Under the pieces are notes generated by a model that was not told the DNA's origin, did not search any database, and worked only from the letters and a program-made list of their open reading frames with translations. Shown piece after piece: positions 39,600 through 49,209 of a stretch of 64,000 bases of DNA. A program made the position numbers and the translations under genes. Location of the stretch: the NCBI GenBank assembly GCA_964358645.1, contig CAYHPW010000006.1, positions 3,059 to 67,058 of the forward strand. The letters run 5' to 3'. This stretch comes from an uncultured Bacteriovoracaceae bacterium (GTDB lineage Bacteria > Bdellovibrionota > UBA1018). Numbering within the stretch: position 1 is the stretch's first letter; every line of letters begins with the position of its first letter.

Positions 39600-40949
39600 T
39601 CAAGAGGGCTTTCGCTTTGAGCACTTCTTTACCTGTTTGATTAGCTTGTCTTCGTCGATCGTGAGGACGCGTTGTTTCGAGTACAGCATTTTGCCATCAA
39701 CCATGGTCCAGCGAAGTTGTGCTGGGGAAGTTGAATACACTATTGAGGAAGCATAAGCCTCAGGGTTTCCCGCCGCTGAGGGTGACAGCATGTTTATCGG
39801 TGTATTCAGGTCGACAGCTATAATATCAGCTTTTTTGCCAACCTCCAGAGATCCTATATCGTCAAACCAGTTTAAGGCCCGAGCCCCTTCACGTGTGGCC
39901 ATATCCAGCACCTCAAGGGCTTTCATGGACTTTGGTCCGGCGCTTGGTTTATGTATTAAAGCTGCCATTCTCATTTCATTAAACATGTTGAGGTTGTTAT
40001 TGCATGGAGCGCCGTCTGCACCCAATGCTACCGTGATTCCGCGTTTGCGCATTTCAGGAATATGCGCGAGGCCGGAAGCCAGCTTCATATTCGAACTCGG
40101 GCAATGGACGATGTTTGTGCCCGTCTTTCTTATGATGTTTTTTTCATTTGGCTTGAGCCAAATACAGTGAGCAAGTACTAGCTGTGGTGACGTCAATCCG
40201 AGTTGGTGAAGGTATTCCACATTTTCGCAATCCACGAGTTTTTTCACCATCTGTATTTCTTTAAGGTTCTCGCTGGCGTGCGTATGTACCAGTGCACCTT
40301 GTTTTTTTGCCAGTGTTGCTATCTCTCTAAGCAGGCGCTCCGTACATGAAATCACGAAGCGTGGGGCGTACGAGACGCGGATTCGGTCGTTCTCCTTACC
40401 GTTCCAGTTTTGATAAAGTTCATATGCTTCTGAAATCGCCTTGTCCGTGCTTTCACAAAGATAATGTGGCGTTGTGGCTGGGTTGTCCATCAAACACTTG
40501 CCTACATTTGCGCGTATTCCGGTCTGTTGAACTGCATTTAGAATAGCATCGGTGTGCCGTACGGTGCCCATGTCCAATATGCAGGTTGTTCCAGAAGATA
40601 GCAGTTCGTAGATACCGAGCATTGCGCTTACGGATAGTGTTTTTTCAGTGTGCGCGGCTTCCATTACCCAGATCCGCTTTGACAGCCAGTCAAGCAGCTC
40701 CATATCATCCGCCTGATTGCGGAATAGTGTTTGGCAGAGGTGTACGTGGGCTTGCACAAATCCTGGCATGATAACGAGATTATGAGCATCTATAACATTG
40801 TGCTTGTGTCCGCCTTGTTTCGGGTACCCCCTGGTAACGGCGGTAATCCTTCCATTGGTTATGCGCAGATTGGCGCGAAGGACACTGCGCTTTCTATCTT
40901 GCGTTAGTAATGTGCCGTTTATGATCCACGTTTCGCGTGGTTGTTTCAT
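39600..40949 (-). CDS. Amidohydrolase, MtaD/TRZ-ATZ family (5-methylthioadenosine/S-adenosylhomocysteine or related nucleobase deaminase)
   Basis: Metal-binding motif AHVHL (HxH) at GFVQAHVHLCQT and a TIM-barrel amidohydrolase pattern. It sits in a nucleoside-catabolic cluster. Confidence 0.7.
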   Translation of the reverse strand: MKQPRETWIINGTLLTQDRKRSVLRANLRITNGRITAVTRGYPKQGGHKHNVIDAHNLVIMPGFVQAHVHLCQTLFRNQADDMELLDWLSKRIWVMEAAHTEKTLSVSAMLGIYELLSSGTTCILDMGTVRHTDAILNAVQQTGIRANVGKCLMDNPATTPHYLCESTDKAISEAYELYQNWNGKENDRIRVSYAPRFVISCTERLLREIATLAKKQGALVHTHASENLKEIQMVKKLVDCENVEYLHQLGLTSPQLVLAHCIWLKPNEKNIIRKTGTNIVHCPSSNMKLASGLAHIPEMRKRGITVALGADGAPCNNNLNMFNEMRMAALIHKPSAGPKSMKALEVLDMATREGARALNWFDDIGSLEVGKKADIIAVDLNTPINMLSPSAAGNPEAYASSIVYSTSPAQLRWTMVDGKMLYSKQRVLTIDEDKLIKQVKKCSKRKPS

Positions 40950-40952
40950 GCA

Positions 40953-41372
40953 TCACCGCTGGCCCTTGCCCAAGTGTGCCGGTGTGAAGGCTGATGGGAA
41001 AAGATCCGAAAAAGCCGTGCTTTTGGTTTCTTTGCTAAGATTAGCAGTATGTATGACCAGTTTTTTATCAGCAAATTCGCTGATTACTTGCCTGCATACC
41101 CCGCACGGAGGCCATGGCGGGCTGACGTCAGTGATCACCACGAGTTCAGTAATTTTGATTTCGCCTTCTTCGCTAACGGCTTTTTGTATGGCAACCCGCT
41201 CGGCGCAGACAGTGGCCCCGTATGAAGAGTTTTCAATATTGCATCCTGAAAAAATCTTTCCGCTTGAGGTGCGGAGTGCCGCCCCGACTTTATAACCGCT
41301 ATAAGGGCTGTAGGAGCGCTCTCTTGCTGCTTTTGCTTCGGTGTAAAGCTCGCGGAACGAGTCGGAACTCAT
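40953..41372 (-). CDS. cdd: Cytidine deaminase
   Basis: CAERVAI ... PCGVCRQ zinc motifs. Confidence 0.88.
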   Translation of the reverse strand: MSSDSFRELYTEAKAARERSYSPYSGYKVGAALRTSSGKIFSGCNIENSSYGATVCAERVAIQKAVSEEGEIKITELVVITDVSPPWPPCGVCRQVISEFADKKLVIHTANLSKETKSTAFSDLFPSAFTPAHLGKGQR

Positions 41373-42229
41373 GAGGTTAACCCAAGCTGCTGTGGCTTAT
41401 GCACCAACTTTGGAATCGCGGCATGGAGAAGTCGTGACAGTTTTTCTGCGCCTATGTGTGAATTTTCCAGTACTTCCTGGTGGGTAAGCTTATGTTTAGC
41501 TAGTCCCGCCGCCAGATTGGATATGTAACTTATCCCCGCTACTCGCACGCCGAAGTGATTGGCAACTATGCTTTCGGGGACAGTGGACATGCCTACCGCA
41601 TCCGCTCCTAGCATGCGGTACATGCGTATTTCCGCAGGTGTTTCGAATGTAGGGCCAAGAAGGCCTGCATAAATTCCCTGGTGTATCTCAAGGCTGAGAT
41701 CTTTAGCACAAGTGCGCATGATATTCAGGCAATCCTTGCTGTAAGCCTCTGATAAATCTGGGAACCGCGGTCCCAGCTGTGAGAGGTTAGGGCCCTTAAG
41801 CGGGTTATCGCCCATAAGGTTTAGATGGTCCTCAATCAGCATCAGGTCACCGGGGCGAAAGCGATTGTTAACGCCACCGGCTGCATTGGTCAGTATAAGA
41901 GTTTTTATCCCCAATCCGCAGATTGTGCGTGTTGGGAAGGCGACGTCTTCCATGGAATAACCTTCATATAAATGAAAACGCCCCTGCAGAAAAACTGTCG
42001 GTACACCTTCGAATAGGCCGATTATCATGGAGCCCGCGTGCCCCTCGATGGTGGTTCCATGAAAGGACGGAATATCCGTATATGGAATCACCGTACTGTC
42101 AGTCATGCAATCAGCAACAGCTCCGAGTCCGGAACCGAGAATAACGCCGAGCTCTGGATTCAGCGCGGACCTAGCATGGATCGCATCCACTGCTTCCCTT
42201 ATTTTTTGGTATACTGTTGGTTGTGCCAT
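41369..42229 (-). CDS. Purine nucleoside phosphorylase (PNP family 2, PunA/MTAP-type)
   Basis: ILGSGLG phosphate-binding motif and the trimeric PNP-I signature. Confidence 0.85.
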   Translation of the reverse strand: MAQPTVYQKIREAVDAIHARSALNPELGVILGSGLGAVADCMTDSTVIPYTDIPSFHGTTIEGHAGSMIIGLFEGVPTVFLQGRFHLYEGYSMEDVAFPTRTICGLGIKTLILTNAAGGVNNRFRPGDLMLIEDHLNLMGDNPLKGPNLSQLGPRFPDLSEAYSKDCLNIMRTCAKDLSLEIHQGIYAGLLGPTFETPAEIRMYRMLGADAVGMSTVPESIVANHFGVRVAGISYISNLAAGLAKHKLTHQEVLENSHIGAEKLSRLLHAAIPKLVHKPQQLGLTS

Positions 42230-42248
42230 ATCGGTCTAGGCTCCGTTT

Positions 42249-43565
42249 TTAGTATTGCTCAAATACCAGTTTAGGTACGGGTTTTCTAGCTCCTGCTATC
42301 TCAACTGCAAGATTAAACCTTGATTCCATCTCCGCGTCCAGCTGTAAACGCGAGTAAACCGTTGCGAGAGGCTCTCCGGCGCTGACCCTCATACCAAGTT
42401 TCTTGTGAAAAATTATTCCAACAGAGTGATCAATCTTATCATTGGCTTTGGTCCTTCCTCCGCCGAGTGCGACAAGAATTCTTCCTAGTTCTGCTGTGTC
42501 CATTTTAGTAATGTATCCACGTTTCCTGGCCTTGATCTCTGATGTATTTGGTGTTGTTGGGAGTTTGGCCAAGTTTTCAACTTGATCTATATCCCCGCCT
42601 TGACCTTTAACCATAGCCGTGAAGGCGTGCCATGCGCTGCCATCATTGAGTTTCGAAACAGCCAGACGTCGCCCTTCGGTTAGGTTACGCGTGATTTTAC
42701 CTATTTCAAGCATGTGGGCGCATAGCTGGATGGAAAGCTCCTTCAGGTCTGAAGAACCAAGATCATTGCTTTTTATACCGCGCAAGACTTCCACGGCTTC
42801 CTTGACTTCTACGGCGTTTCCTACAGCATAACCTATCGGCTGGTTCATATTGGTAAGCAGGGCTCTGCACGGCATGCCCATTTTTTTAGCCACTTGAATA
42901 AGGGTTTTGGCGAGCTTTCTAGCCTTTTCTAAGGTTTTCATGAAAGCCCCACTTCCTACCTTTACGTCAAGGACAAGAGCTCCTGTCCCTTCTGCAAGTT
43001 TTTTTGACAAGATGGAAGCGGTGATCAGCGGGATACATTCAACGGTTCCGGTCACATCGCGCAAGGCATAGAGCTTTCTATCAGCGGGGGCGACTTTCTC
43101 GCTTTGCCCGATCATAGCGCAACCTACCTGACCGACTAATTCTTCAAAACGTGGTCGACTTAGATTTACGTTGAATCCTGAAATTGATTCTAATTTATCC
43201 AGGGTGCCGCCGCTGTGGCCCAGGCCGCGGCCCGACATCATCGGGACTTTCAGTCCGCATGCGGCAGCCAAAGGCGCTAGTATAAGTGAAACCTTGTCCC
43301 CGACGCCTCCGGTCGAATGTTTGTCCACTTTGGGGCCTATGATTCCGGAAAGATCGTATTTTTCTCCACTTTCAAGCATTGCTTCTGTAAGCCAGACAGT
43401 TTCGTCAAAGGACATGCCACGGAAGTAAACCGCCATCAGCAGTGCGGTTGCCTGATAATCCGCGACGGTGCCGCTAGATAAACCATGTATAAACTCATGA
43501 ATTTCGGCCCTTGTAAGTTCTTTACCATCCCTTTTTTTTTCTATGACCCAAACAGGGTTGAACAT
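42249..43565 (-). CDS. deoA: Thymidine/pyrimidine-nucleoside phosphorylase
   Basis: HSTGGVGDKVSLILAP motif. Confidence 0.9.
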   Translation of the reverse strand: MFNPVWVIEKKRDGKELTRAEIHEFIHGLSSGTVADYQATALLMAVYFRGMSFDETVWLTEAMLESGEKYDLSGIIGPKVDKHSTGGVGDKVSLILAPLAAACGLKVPMMSGRGLGHSGGTLDKLESISGFNVNLSRPRFEELVGQVGCAMIGQSEKVAPADRKLYALRDVTGTVECIPLITASILSKKLAEGTGALVLDVKVGSGAFMKTLEKARKLAKTLIQVAKKMGMPCRALLTNMNQPIGYAVGNAVEVKEAVEVLRGIKSNDLGSSDLKELSIQLCAHMLEIGKITRNLTEGRRLAVSKLNDGSAWHAFTAMVKGQGGDIDQVENLAKLPTTPNTSEIKARKRGYITKMDTAELGRILVALGGGRTKANDKIDHSVGIIFHKKLGMRVSAGEPLATVYSRLQLDAEMESRFNLAVEIAGARKPVPKLVFEQY

Positions 43566-43574
43566 GCCGTCCCC

Positions 43575-44768
43575 CTATATGCCCAATTCAGCAAGAAATG
43601 ATGTTCCGGCTAAATTATTGCCGGTAGTTGTAAAATTTTTTCCGAGCAAGGCATTGGCGACCGTTGCACCTATATCTGCGAAGGTGTCGCGCGTTTTAAG
43701 ATCAATCCAGCCTTTTTTCTGTGCTGGGGAGAATGCCAGAATCGGTATATATTCCCTGGTGTGATCGCTTCCATGGAATGTCGGGTCATTGCCATGATCG
43801 GAAGTGATTACCAATAAATCACGTTCATGCATCCGCGCCTTGATAAGTGGTAATGCCCTGTCAAATTCCTCAAGGGCATTTGCATAGCCGAGAGGGTCGC
43901 GTCGGTGGCCGTACAACATGTCAAAATCAATCAGGTTCGCGAAAACCAATCCTTGGTTTTTTTCTGCTAGAATATTCAAAAGAACGCTTATCCCGTGGGT
44001 GTTGCCCTTGGTTTCAATATTCTTGCCGATACCTTCACCGGCATAAATGTTTGATATCTTTCCTATGCCTAAAGTGGGGATGTTGCGGTCCTGAAGCATG
44101 TTTAGATATGTCTTCATCGTTGGCACAACGGAAAAATCTTTTCTGTTGTAAGTTCTGGTGAACGGATCTTTTGGCGTGCCAGTTCCAATGAAAGGCCTAG
44201 CGATTACACGGCTTATATTAAGTCCATCGCAAATATTCCTTGCAGATTTGCAAATCGAATATAGATGCTCAAGCCCAAAATCAGTTTCGTGCGCGGCGAC
44301 TTGCCATACGCTGTCAGCGCTCGTGTAGAGTATGGGTTTTCCGGTACGGATGTGGTCTAATCCAAGTGCCTTTATGATTTCTGTTCCGCTTGCTGGTTTG
44401 TTACAAAGCACACCGGGGAGATTATTTGCATTTATCCAGCTAGAGACGATGTCTTCAGGGAATCCATCCTTAAAAGTTGCGAAAGGGGTTGATACTTGAA
44501 TGCCAGCTATTTCCCAGTGGCCGGATGTTGTGTCTTTCCCAGTGGATTTTTCCGCTGCCCGCCCGGCTGCGCCTTCATTGCCTTTTCTACTGATGCCGTT
44601 TATTTCCGTGATCGAACCTATTCCAAGATATTCCATATTGGGAATCTTCAGAGTTGAAAGATGTCCGAGCGTGTCGGAGCCTTCGTCGCCGTAAGATGCG
44701 GCATCTGGCAATGCGCCAGCACCTAGGCCGTCTAAGACAACTAACAATACGGTATTGAATGGCTCCAT
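43575..44768 (-). CDS. deoB: Phosphopentomutase
   Basis: VVLDGLGAG...SDHGNDPT alkaline-phosphatase-superfamily motifs. Confidence 0.9.
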   Translation of the reverse strand: MEPFNTVLLVVLDGLGAGALPDAASYGDEGSDTLGHLSTLKIPNMEYLGIGSITEINGISRKGNEGAAGRAAEKSTGKDTTSGHWEIAGIQVSTPFATFKDGFPEDIVSSWINANNLPGVLCNKPASGTEIIKALGLDHIRTGKPILYTSADSVWQVAAHETDFGLEHLYSICKSARNICDGLNISRVIARPFIGTGTPKDPFTRTYNRKDFSVVPTMKTYLNMLQDRNIPTLGIGKISNIYAGEGIGKNIETKGNTHGISVLLNILAEKNQGLVFANLIDFDMLYGHRRDPLGYANALEEFDRALPLIKARMHERDLLVITSDHGNDPTFHGSDHTREYIPILAFSPAQKKGWIDLKTRDTFADIGATVANALLGKNFTTTGNNLAGTSFLAELGI

Positions 44769-44774
44769 GTTGGA

Positions 44775-45761
44775 TCAGTAAAGACTTGTTTTGTACGGTT
44801 TCTTTGTTTGGGAATTGTTTTGTTTTTTTGATTCGCTTGGCTGTTTATGCGTTACAATCGCGACACTTGCGGAGGCGCCGATTCTCGATGCGCCTGCGGC
44901 CAGCATCTTTGTGGCATCCTCGTAAGTTCGGATCCCGCCGGATGCTTTTACGCCCATCTCGGGGCCTACTATTCTTCGCATTAGTGCAACGTCTTCTGAT
45001 GTGGCGCCACCGGAGCCGAAGCCGGTTGAGGTTTTTACGAACGCTGCATTGGCGGCCTTTGCCAGTGCGCAGCCTATTATTTTTTGGTCATCATCAAGGC
45101 TTGATGTTTCCAAGATAACTTTTACGGGATAAGGTTTTGAGGCTTCGACCACTTGTTTTATGTCTTCAAGCACGAGCGTATATTCACGGCTTTTAAGCGC
45201 GCCGATATTGATAACCATGTCTATTTCTTGCGCGCCGGCACGGATAGCTTCGCGTGCTTCGAATGCTTTTGTCGCTGTGGCAGCGGCTCCTAGAGGAAAT
45301 CCTACAACAGCTATTGGTTTGGTTGATGAACCTTTGAGGAGTTCAGCGGTTAACCCGATATAAGCTGAATTAACGCAAACGGTTGCGAAGTGATGTTTTT
45401 TAGCTTCTTCACATACGCGCTGAATTTCATCACGGGTGGCATCGGGCTTAAGCAGCGTGTGATCTATTTTTGCCGCTAGATTCTCATCTCCCTGAAGCAA
45501 ATGTGGTTGAAAAGGTCCCTCGCCATGATGACCGACCCTATCGGCGCCTTCGTGGATGAGTTTTTTCCAGCTAGGTTGTTCTTGCCTACCTGAAGCGATC
45601 GGCACACCTTTTTGAATGAGTTTTTCCTTAACAGCATCGGCTATTTGATCAACTAATGCATTCAGCGAACCGGAATCAGAAATAGAAACACTAGATCTCT
45701 CGCCAGCTTTTGGTTGAAACGCCATGTCAGCGTAATTCCTACTTTTTACTTGAAGTGTCAA
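44775..45761 (-). CDS. deoC: Deoxyribose-phosphate aldolase with N- and C-terminal extensions
   Basis: IDHTLLKPDATRDEIQRVCEEAKKHHFATVCVN and the Schiff-base lysine region. There are about 90 extra N-terminal residues and a Lys-rich C-terminal tail. Confidence 0.8.
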   Translation of the reverse strand: MTLQVKSRNYADMAFQPKAGERSSVSISDSGSLNALVDQIADAVKEKLIQKGVPIASGRQEQPSWKKLIHEGADRVGHHGEGPFQPHLLQGDENLAAKIDHTLLKPDATRDEIQRVCEEAKKHHFATVCVNSAYIGLTAELLKGSSTKPIAVVGFPLGAAATATKAFEAREAIRAGAQEIDMVINIGALKSREYTLVLEDIKQVVEASKPYPVKVILETSSLDDDQKIIGCALAKAANAAFVKTSTGFGSGGATSEDVALMRRIVGPEMGVKASGGIRTYEDATKMLAAGASRIGASASVAIVTHKQPSESKKQNNSQTKKPYKTSLY

Positions 45762-46141
45762 GTCGGATTCGTTACTTGTTTAAAAACTACTAGGGTGCAT
45801 AGCGCTCATTAGGTAGAATGAAAGAAGTGGGGAAAGTCCCCAAAGGGTTATTGGACCCGTTTTGGATTTGCTGGGAGCAGAGGCTTTCGGCGCCGCGCTT
45901 GGCGCGCGCCAATCCGGGAAGTTTTTGGGAACCGTAAGCAGTATTATGGTTTTAAACAAAGTTTCGGAGCATCAAAGTAGATGCATGTGTCGTTAATAAT
46001 AACATCTGAGGCTTTATTGGGCAGGCGCCTGTTTGGGCGATTTGCTTACCGAAATTAATACGCTGGTTTCCCTTACACAAATTAATTGGCTGTTCAGTGG
46101 CGGATGGCATTGCCTTTGGCCAGCTTCGAAAGGGAGAATAA

Positions 46142-48760
46142 ATGTCTACAGAACTGATTATTAATGCGTCTTTGCCTGAGACGCGCATTGCGCTTCTTGA
46201 GAATGGCGAAATTCAAGATATTTTAGTCGAACGCGAAAAAGGTAAAGGCATAGTAGGAAATATTTATAAAGGCAGAGTGACCCGTGTGCTGCCAGGAATG
46301 CAGGCGGCGTTTGTTGATATTGGCCTGGAAAAAGCCGCGTTCCTCTACGTGGATGACGTGTTTGTTCATCCCGAGATCTGGGAGGAAGAGGAGGGCTCCG
46401 CGTCTGGTGCTGAAATCGATGTGGTGACGGCGCCGGTAGAAGAGCCTTTGCCAGAAGAACCTGTGTCTGAAGTACCTACGCCTGGAGAGCCTACGGTGGC
46501 ATCGCACGAAGATGGTGACGATGATGATGATGACCGAGGTCCAGTAGAAATGGGGACTGACCCTTCTGAAAAAAAACCTGATGATGTTGTGATCATCTCA
46601 CAATCACAAGATGACTCTGGAAGCGTCCAGAATGAGAGTCAAGATGGTGTTATCGCCGAAACGGTTCAGGCTGATAGTGGATCCGCACCACCAATAACCG
46701 CAACGGATGGCATAGTCACCTCACAACACGATCAAAATGGTAGGCGTAGATCGCGCCGGGGCCGGCGAGGCGGGCGATATCGCAGGAGAACGGGTCGTAG
46801 CGACAATGTAGTTAATTATACCAGTTCTAATTCCGAGCAACGTCAGAGTGGCGATCGTCAGTCTTTTCGTGAGAGTAGGCCACGTGGCGATAGGAGGATG
46901 CGGCCGATTGTTTCCAGGCCGGTACGTGGCCAAGTTAATATTCAAGATCTATTGAGTGAGGGCCAGGAGGTGTTGGTCCAGGTGGCAAAGGATCCGATTG
47001 CCGCTAAGGGCGCGCGCCTTACTTGTCACATCAGCCTGCCCGGGAGACATTTGGTCTGTATGCCGACTATTGATCATGTCGGAGTGTCTAGACGAATTGA
47101 GCGGGACGATGAACGTCGCAGGCTTAGGGATTTTGTTGAGCATCACCGGCCGAGAAATCTTGGCTTCATAGTAAGGACTGCTAGCGGGAAGCAACAATCA
47201 GCCGAAAAGAGACTTAAACAGGATATCGATTATCTAACCAACCTTTGGGGTGATCTTCGTGAGAAAGCTGCGTCTGTAACAGCGCCGGCTTTGGTTTATG
47301 AGGATCTTAACCCTGTGCTGCGTGCAATAAGAGATTGGGTGACGGAAGATATCGACAAGATCATCGTGGATTCCCGCTATCATTATGGTGAAATCCAACA
47401 ATTTGTTTCGCACTTCATGCCAGCGCTACGACATAAGGTCGAGCTGTATCACGGTGATATCCCGATTTTTGATGCATACAACATATCTTCAGAACTCTCC
47501 CGTGCTTTGGAACAGAAGGTATGGCTCAAATCCGGCGGGTACATCGTCATTGACCAAACTGAAGCCCTTGTAACCATTGATGTTAATACTGGCCGTTATG
47601 TAGGGAAGAAGAATCTCGAAGACACCATCCTTAAAACAAATCTCGAAGCAGTTCAGGAGATTTCTTACCAGCTTAGATTGCGTAATTGCGGCGGTATAAT
47701 CATCATCGATCTTATAGATATGGAAAAGGAGGAAAATCGCCAGCGTGTATATCGGGCTCTGGAAGACGCATTAAAGAAGGACAGGGCCAGGCCCACCATT
47801 ATGAAAATTTCTGATCTCGGTCTTATAGAGATGACGCGCAAGAGGACGCGCGACACTATTATCAGAACCCTTTGTGAATCTTGCGTTTCGTGCGAAGGGA
47901 AGGGTTTTATAAAAAATAGGCTGACTGTGGCGTATGAAATCCTCCGCCAAATCGAGCGCGAGGGGATAGAGCGGGACATCACGAAAGTTTTGGTTAAAGC
48001 TAATCCGGACGTCGTTGATATCCTGGCAATCGATGAACGCGATACCCTTGATCAACTCGAGAGAAAGTACCGCAAGCAGATTTTCTTGCAAGCTGTGCTG
48101 GATTTTCATCAGGAACAGTTTGAGATCTCTGGTGAGAAACAATCCGCTACCGATCGTGGCAAAGAAGAGGTTGTAGAACAAGTGCAATCGCCGGTGCTTC
48201 CACCCGCGTCTTCAAAGGTTACTCCTAATCCCGAAGACACCGCAGCTCGGTCAAGTGATCTGCCGAGTGAAGAGTTAAGTGATCAGAAAACTGATAAGCC
48301 AAGTGATAATGATGTTATTAAACCACTGGATGTACTCACGCATAAAGGTGAGGAAGGTTCAGACGAAGAGGACCGTCTTGCATTTTTGCGTGCGCAAGCT
48401 GCGCAGGATGCCGCTCTAGCTAGGCTAAGGACTTCAAGCGAGCCAATCAGGAGACCGGGGCAAGTAGGCGGATCTACTAGACCAGGAGGGGGATCAGCCG
48501 GGGATGGCGGACCAAGAGCCGGAAGAAACAGTCGCAGAGGGAGGTATGGCAGCGGGAAGTTCAGGAGGGGTGGCGGTAGCAGGCATCACCCTAGAGTTAG
48601 GGTGGGGCCACGTATGGAGCCACCGGCGGCGGGTGAGTCTCCTGTTAAGATAGTTGTTCCAGCGCCTGAGGCTGCTGCTAGCGCAGTAAGCGACGAGAGC
48701 AAGAAAAATGACAACTCAGGAGGCACACCAGCGGGTGATTCGACACAGCCCCCAGTGTAG
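46142..48760 (+). CDS. rne: Ribonuclease E/G family endoribonuclease (RNase E)
   Basis: N-terminus MSTELIINASLPETRIALLENGEIQD...IYKGRVTRVLPGMQAAFVDIG (S1), with the DNase I-like and Zn-link regions. The C-terminal Arg/Gly-rich tail fits an RNase E scaffold segment. A roughly 170-aa acidic/Arg-rich insertion sits inside the S1 region. Confidence 0.88.
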   Translation: MSTELIINASLPETRIALLENGEIQDILVEREKGKGIVGNIYKGRVTRVLPGMQAAFVDIGLEKAAFLYVDDVFVHPEIWEEEEGSASGAEIDVVTAPVEEPLPEEPVSEVPTPGEPTVASHEDGDDDDDDRGPVEMGTDPSEKKPDDVVIISQSQDDSGSVQNESQDGVIAETVQADSGSAPPITATDGIVTSQHDQNGRRRSRRGRRGGRYRRRTGRSDNVVNYTSSNSEQRQSGDRQSFRESRPRGDRRMRPIVSRPVRGQVNIQDLLSEGQEVLVQVAKDPIAAKGARLTCHISLPGRHLVCMPTIDHVGVSRRIERDDERRRLRDFVEHHRPRNLGFIVRTASGKQQSAEKRLKQDIDYLTNLWGDLREKAASVTAPALVYEDLNPVLRAIRDWVTEDIDKIIVDSRYHYGEIQQFVSHFMPALRHKVELYHGDIPIFDAYNISSELSRALEQKVWLKSGGYIVIDQTEALVTIDVNTGRYVGKKNLEDTILKTNLEAVQEISYQLRLRNCGGIIIIDLIDMEKEENRQRVYRALEDALKKDRARPTIMKISDLGLIEMTRKRTRDTIIRTLCESCVSCEGKGFIKNRLTVAYEILRQIEREGIERDITKVLVKANPDVVDILAIDERDTLDQLERKYRKQIFLQAVLDFHQEQFEISGEKQSATDRGKEEVVEQVQSPVLPPASSKVTPNPEDTAARSSDLPSEELSDQKTDKPSDNDVIKPLDVLTHKGEEGSDEEDRLAFLRAQAAQDAALARLRTSSEPIRRPGQVGGSTRPGGGSAGDGGPRAGRNSRRGRYGSGKFRRGGGSRHHPRVRVGPRMEPPAAGESPVKIVVPAPEAAASAVSDESKKNDNSGGTPAGDSTQPPV

Positions 48761-48990
48761 GCTAGTGAGATGAGTTATTGGGTTCAAGAATTTGATTTTT
48801 AACTAGCTTTTCGAAGTCGCCTACTTATACGTTTACCTTTCGGCGGAATTATTTATCGTAGCCATTTTTATAATAACTTTGTTTGATTGTAATTGTGAAG
48901 TGGGCAACTTTTGTGCCGCTTGCAGTTCCTTACTCTTCTGAAAACCGGAAGCCAGCTTTTTTGACTTTGATCAGTAGATTGAGCAAGCCG

Positions 48991-49200
48991 TCAAACGATC
49001 TTTAAGCGCGATAGTAGTGACTCAAAGAACTCACGGGACCATAAAGCAATGGCTGCGGCATCTTTTAAAAATGGTAAAACATCCTTTTTTGCAGCTTCGA
49101 AATCCACTTCCGCAAATTTCTTTCGCAACAGTGCCGTGAGATCGGATTGCTGGAGTGCTTTCTCACCTTCCCAACCGCCCAACTGGTGTAGCGGGTTCAT
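48991..49200 (-). CDS. Small hypothetical ORF (possible gene remnant)
   Basis: 69 aa, downstream of gene 49210 on the same strand. No clear ribosome-binding site. Confidence 0.25.
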   Translation of the reverse strand: MNPLHQLGGWEGEKALQQSDLTALLRKKFAEVDFEAAKKDVLPFLKDAAAIALWSREFFESLLSRLKIV

Positions 49201-49209
49201 CCATGTTCG

